Positions 60,201 through 64,000 of a DNA stretch of 64,000 bases are shown piece by piece. The position numbers and the translations under genes are program-made. Source of the DNA: Cyanophora paradoxa CCMP329 (taxonomy: Eukaryota > Plantae > Glaucophyta); assembly GCA_004431415.1 (NCBI GenBank), contig QPMI01000445.1, positions 208,576 through 272,575 on the forward strand, given 5' to 3'. The stretch's first letter is position 1, and each line of letters begins with the position of its first letter. Under the pieces are notes generated by a model. It searched no databases. It was given only the letters and a program-made list of their open reading frames with translations, and had not been told where the DNA came from.

Positions 60201-63200
60201 GGCGCCCACGAACCTGCAGCTGGTGGATGTCGCGTCCGGCATGTTCGGCGGCACGACGGGCACGCTCTCGTGGTCGCTGCCGACGACGGGCCCGCCGCTT
60301 GCGCACCGTGTGCTGCGCGACGGCGTTGAGATTGCGAGGGTGCCGGGGACGCAAACGTCGGTGGAGGTGCCGGACCTTGCGAGGGGCTTGGTGTCGACAT
60401 TTGTCGTGGTGGCAGTGGACGGCGCCAGCGGAGCCGAGTCGAAGCCGCTCATCGCTGGCATCGCCCGGGACCCGAACAGTGGCATCACCCTTAAGGCGGT
60501 GCCTACCGCGTCGAACGGCTCGTCAGCGCAGCTCTCGTGGAACACGCCTGCTGCGTCTGATACAGTGACTCTCTACAAGCTGCTGGTGAACGGCCAGGTC
60601 GTCGCGACGCTGCCGCCGTCGGGAATCGCGATGAACGGTTTCGAGGCAAAGAGCCTGCCGTCGGGTGCGGTGGCGGAGGTGGTGGCGGTGTTCGCGTCAG
60701 GCGCCACGCTGTCGAGCACGCCTGTGCCGATCTCGGCGGGAGGTGGCGGCAGCGGGTTTGGCGTTGGGGCCGCCCGCAAGTCGACGGCGCCCACGAACCT
60801 GCAGCTGGTGGATGTCGCGTCCGGCATGTTCGGCGGCACGACGGGCACGCTCTCGTGGTCGCTGCGACGACGGGCCCGCCGCTTGCGCACCGTGTGCTGC
60901 GCGACGGCGTTGAGATTGCGAGGGTGCCGGGGACGCAAACGTCGGTGGAGGTGCCGGACCTTGCGAGGGGCTTGGTGTCGACATTTGTCGTGGTGGCAGT
61001 GGACGGCGCCAGCGGAGCCGAGTCGAAGCCGCTCATCGCTGGCATCGCCCGGGACCCGAACAGTGGCATCACCCTTAAGGCGGTGCCTACCGCGTCGAAC
61101 GGCTCGTCAGCGCAGCTCTCGTGGAACACGCCTGCTGCGTCTGATACAGTGACTCTCTACAAGCTGCTGGTGAACGGCCAGGTCGTCGCGACGCTGCCGC
61201 CGTCGGGAATCGCAATGAACGGTTTCGAGGCAAGAGCCTGCCGTCGGGTGCGGTGGCGGAGGTGGTGGCGGTGTTCGCGTCAGGCGCCATGCTGTCGAGC
61301 ACGCCTGTGCGATCTCGGCGGGAGGCGGCGGCAGCGGGTTTGGCGTTGCAATTGTGGCCGCCCGCGTTTGCAGCTGGTGGATGTCGCGTCCGGCATGTTC
61401 GGCGGCACGACGGGCACGCTCTCGTGGTCGCTGCCGACGACGGGGCCGCCGCTTGCGCACCGTGTGCTGCGCGACGGCGTTGAGATTGCGAGGGTGCCGG
61501 GGACGCAAACGTCGGTGGAGGTGCCGGACCTTGCGAGGGGCTTGGTGTCGACATTTGTCGGTGGCAGTGGACGGCGCCAGCGGAGCCGAGTCGAAGCCGC
61601 TCATCGCTGGCATCGCCCGGGACCCGAACAGTGGCATCACCCTTAAGGCGGTGCCTACCGCTTCGAACGGCTCGTCAGCGCAGCTCTCGTGGAACACGCC
61701 TGCTGCGTCTGATACAGTGACTCTCTACAAGCTGCTGGTGAACGGCCAGGTCGTCGCGACGCTGCCGCCGTCGGGAATCGCAATGAACGGTTTCGAGGCA
61801 AAGAGCCTGCCGTCGGGTGCGCGGTGGCGGAGGTGGTGGCGGTGTTCGCGTCAGGCGCCACGCTGTCGAGCACGCCTGTGCCGATCTCGGCGGGAGGCGG
61901 CGGCAGCGGGTTTGGCGTTCGGGCCGCCCGCAAGTCGACGGCGCCCACGAACCTGCAGCTGGTGGATGTCGCGTCCGGCATGTTCGGCGGCACGACGGGC
62001 ACGCTCTCGTGGTCGCTGCCGACGACGGGCCCGCCGCTTGCGCACCGTGTGCTGCGCGACGGCGTTGAGATTGCGAGGGTGCCGGGGACGCAAACGTCGG
62101 TGGAGGTGCCGGACCTTGCGAGGGGCTTGGTGTCGACATTTGTCGTGGTGGCAGTGGACGGCGCCAGCGGCAGGAGCAGTCGAAGCCGCTCATCGCTGGC
62201 ATCGCCCGGGACCCGAACAGTGGCATCACCCTTAAGGCGGTGCCTACCGCGTCGAACGGCTCGTCAGCGCAGCTCTCGTGGAACACGCCTGCTGCGTCTG
62301 ATACAGTGACTCTCTACAAGCTGCTGGGTGAACGGCCAGGTCGTCGCGACGCTGCCGCCGTCGGGAATCGCGATGAACGGTTTCGAGGCAAAGAGCCTGC
62401 CGTCGGGTGCGGTGGCGGAGGTGGTGGCGGTGTTCGCGTCAGGCGCCACGCTGTCGAGCACGCCTGTGCCGATCTCGGGCTCGCGGATCTTGGGCGCCCG
62501 TAGTGGCTCGCTCTCCGGTCCCGGTTGGACAATGAGTACTTCAGCCGGCCATAGCGTCCATGACGGGGCGTTCAATGGATCCAGACACCGTCGCTCCTCG
62601 ACATCCTTCAACGGTGCAGGACTTCTATTGGGAGAATCCGCCACTGCTGCGACGGTTGTGGCTGCAGCGGCAATTCCGACTCCGGCACCTGCAGCGCCGG
62701 CGCTGTCGCTTTTCCCGCTTCTTCCTGCCTACTACGTAATCCGTCGGAACGGCGAGAATATTGGGACGGTTCCGCGGACGCAGCATTCTTTCGAGATCAC
62801 CGATGTGGAGTTCGATGCGAACGCCATCCTTGATGTTTATGCAGTGAATGCTGGCGGCGCCTCTGGCCCCCCGTCGTACAGCCTCTCTATGGGTGTGGCT
62901 TCGAATACTGCCACAGGGATTCACCTGACTGCGCGGCCGACGCGAGTCAACGGATCCCGCGCAAAGCTGCTCTGGAACACTCCGAAGGTGACGTCCAAGG
63001 ACCGCTTGACGAGGTGCATTGATTGATTGCTGCTCGCGTTCGTTAGCGGGGCTGATTATGATGCCCATTCTGCAGCTTCGAAATCTTTCCTGAACGGGAA
63101 CCGCATTGCTGCGGCTCCGGCTCCGGTCGGCAAACAAGGAGCCGCGCTCAACACGTTCTCAGTCGACAGTGTCCCACCCACTGCCGCCTTCCAAGTGATG

Positions 63201-63422
63201 GCATTCTCGTCTCGCTCCGGGCCAGTGCCGGTCGCCGCGAGCCGCGTTGTGGAGTTGCAGCCCTACGACAGCAAGGCCCGAAGTGACAAAGGCGAGGAGG
63301 AGGCCCCGAGCGTGGCGGCCCCGGGTGACCTCGAGCTGGAGCTGAACAAGGTCGCGCAGGATCGGCATGACCCGAAGCGGGCCTCCTGCGTCCTGACCTG
63401 GAAGGCCCCGGGGTCATCATAG
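30244..63422 (+). CDS. Giant multi-exon polycystin-1/REJ-like cell-surface receptor: signal peptide, Ig/filamin-like repeats, REJ-like region, GPS motif, single TM, FN3-like tandem tail
   Basis: Signal MHRRFVAVLLLVCVLQGIPAGRCQ (alternative ATG at 30112), then continuous plus-strand exons rich in N-glycosylation sites. REJ-like motifs LDARIAGGNRVV..FILDASLSRDPD (~51760) and GECTVNPPVGIALQTQ|FVVTCTNW..DPLLY (~52880); GPS ASCNHLTPFA (55056-55085); TM AVAVPVVVGSITIALLAAAIIY (~55295-55360). Single-gene status and the 3' end need transcript data; several apparent 1-bp indels are present. Confidence 0.7.
55490..62479 (+). repeat. Coding tandem array, 12 near-identical units of mostly 585-591 bp, each encoding two FN3-like beta-sandwich domains
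   Basis: Unit starts at 55490, 56081, 56666, 57251, 57841, 58426, 59012, 59602, 60187, 60772, 61360 and 61926. Motifs APTNLQLV..TLSWSLP..HRVLRDG..FVVVAVD and AQLSWNTP..YKLLVNG. Confidence 0.95.
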
Positions 63423-64000
63423 GCGCAGCCTTTCAAATTCGAGACCGTTTACAGATAAGATATATTATATTATAACTAGATATAGATATATTGATGTAGG
63501 CAGAGGCTCACACGTAGCGGTAGCCTTGCAGTGTGCGCATTGCAGGCCCTAGGTCAGGAAAGTGTGCGCACAGCCCCAGTGTCTGTGTTAGCCATTTCAA
63601 TGATGTATTTAGCCTTCATCTGTTCTATTATTTGTATTTTCGCGCATGCGCGATGAGGCATGTCTAGACTCAGACTGAGATCTGCATCAATATCTGTCCA
63701 ATATTTCAGTCAGCTTCGATTCGCTTCTGATGAGCTCGACTACTCTGTGTGACTTGTATATTCAATCATATTCTTAACCGACTGTATTCTATTCTGAGAT
63801 TATTCATCGTGTCCATTAATATTTCTGGCGAGCATTTCAAGGGCAAGCAGCTGAAGGTTGCAGCATGCGCAGGGATGCTGCGGGAGAAATTCTAGATGCT
63901 GCGGCTGTGCCCCATTATTAACCAACATTATTAATTAGCCTAATGCAGGATGATATCGATGAGCCACCCCTCCACCTTCCTCCCCCTCCACCTCCTCCCC

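Noticed and set aside
55490-62479. CRISPR-like array, or programmed frameshifting in the tandem repeat
   Set aside because: The units are contiguous coding repeats with no unique spacers. The 1-bp indels fall at different positions in different units and increase toward the end, as expected for sequencing error in a hard-to-polish repeat.
63940-64000. Pro-rich exon at the right edge (DDIDEPPLHLPPPPPP)
   Set aside because: Too short and truncated to tell whether it extends the giant gene or starts another.
1-64000. tRNA, rRNA or telomeric repeats
   Set aside because: None recognised by eye; tRNAscan-SE and Infernal would be needed to exclude small RNAs.

Overview
Eukaryotic, intron-rich nuclear DNA. 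Short GT-AG and very frequent GC-AG introns, plus a Phe-containing plastid-type presequence on a bacterial-type gene, suggest an alga, possibly a glaucophyte such as Cyanophora (inference). The layout has five parts. (1) 1-4.7 kb: a multi-exon gene of unknown function on the minus strand, probably running off the left edge. (2) ~4.85-9.1 kb and ~25.1-29.7 kb: two non-coding islands packed with non-autonomous Tc1/mariner-type (TA TSD) and hAT-type (8-bp TSD) MITEs, separated by self-complementary spacers that parse as chains of transposon excision footprints. (3) Between the islands: a very GC-rich block of six genes in three head-to-head pairs, namely F-box/LRR, CCCH-F-box-LRR, alkylpurine DNA glycosylase (MPG), PWWP plus two HARE-HTH-like domains, universal stress protein, and a U32/RlhA-like protein. 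The last U32 exon has a near-identical inverted copy 9 kb away. (4) 30.2-63.4 kb: one giant receptor-like gene with a signal peptide, many Cys-containing Ig-like repeats, a REJ-like region, a GPS motif and one TM helix. (5) Inside that gene, after the TM helix: a 12-copy ~587-bp FN3-like tandem array with a 3-unit higher-order period. All exon structures were read by eye, and no database searches were run.
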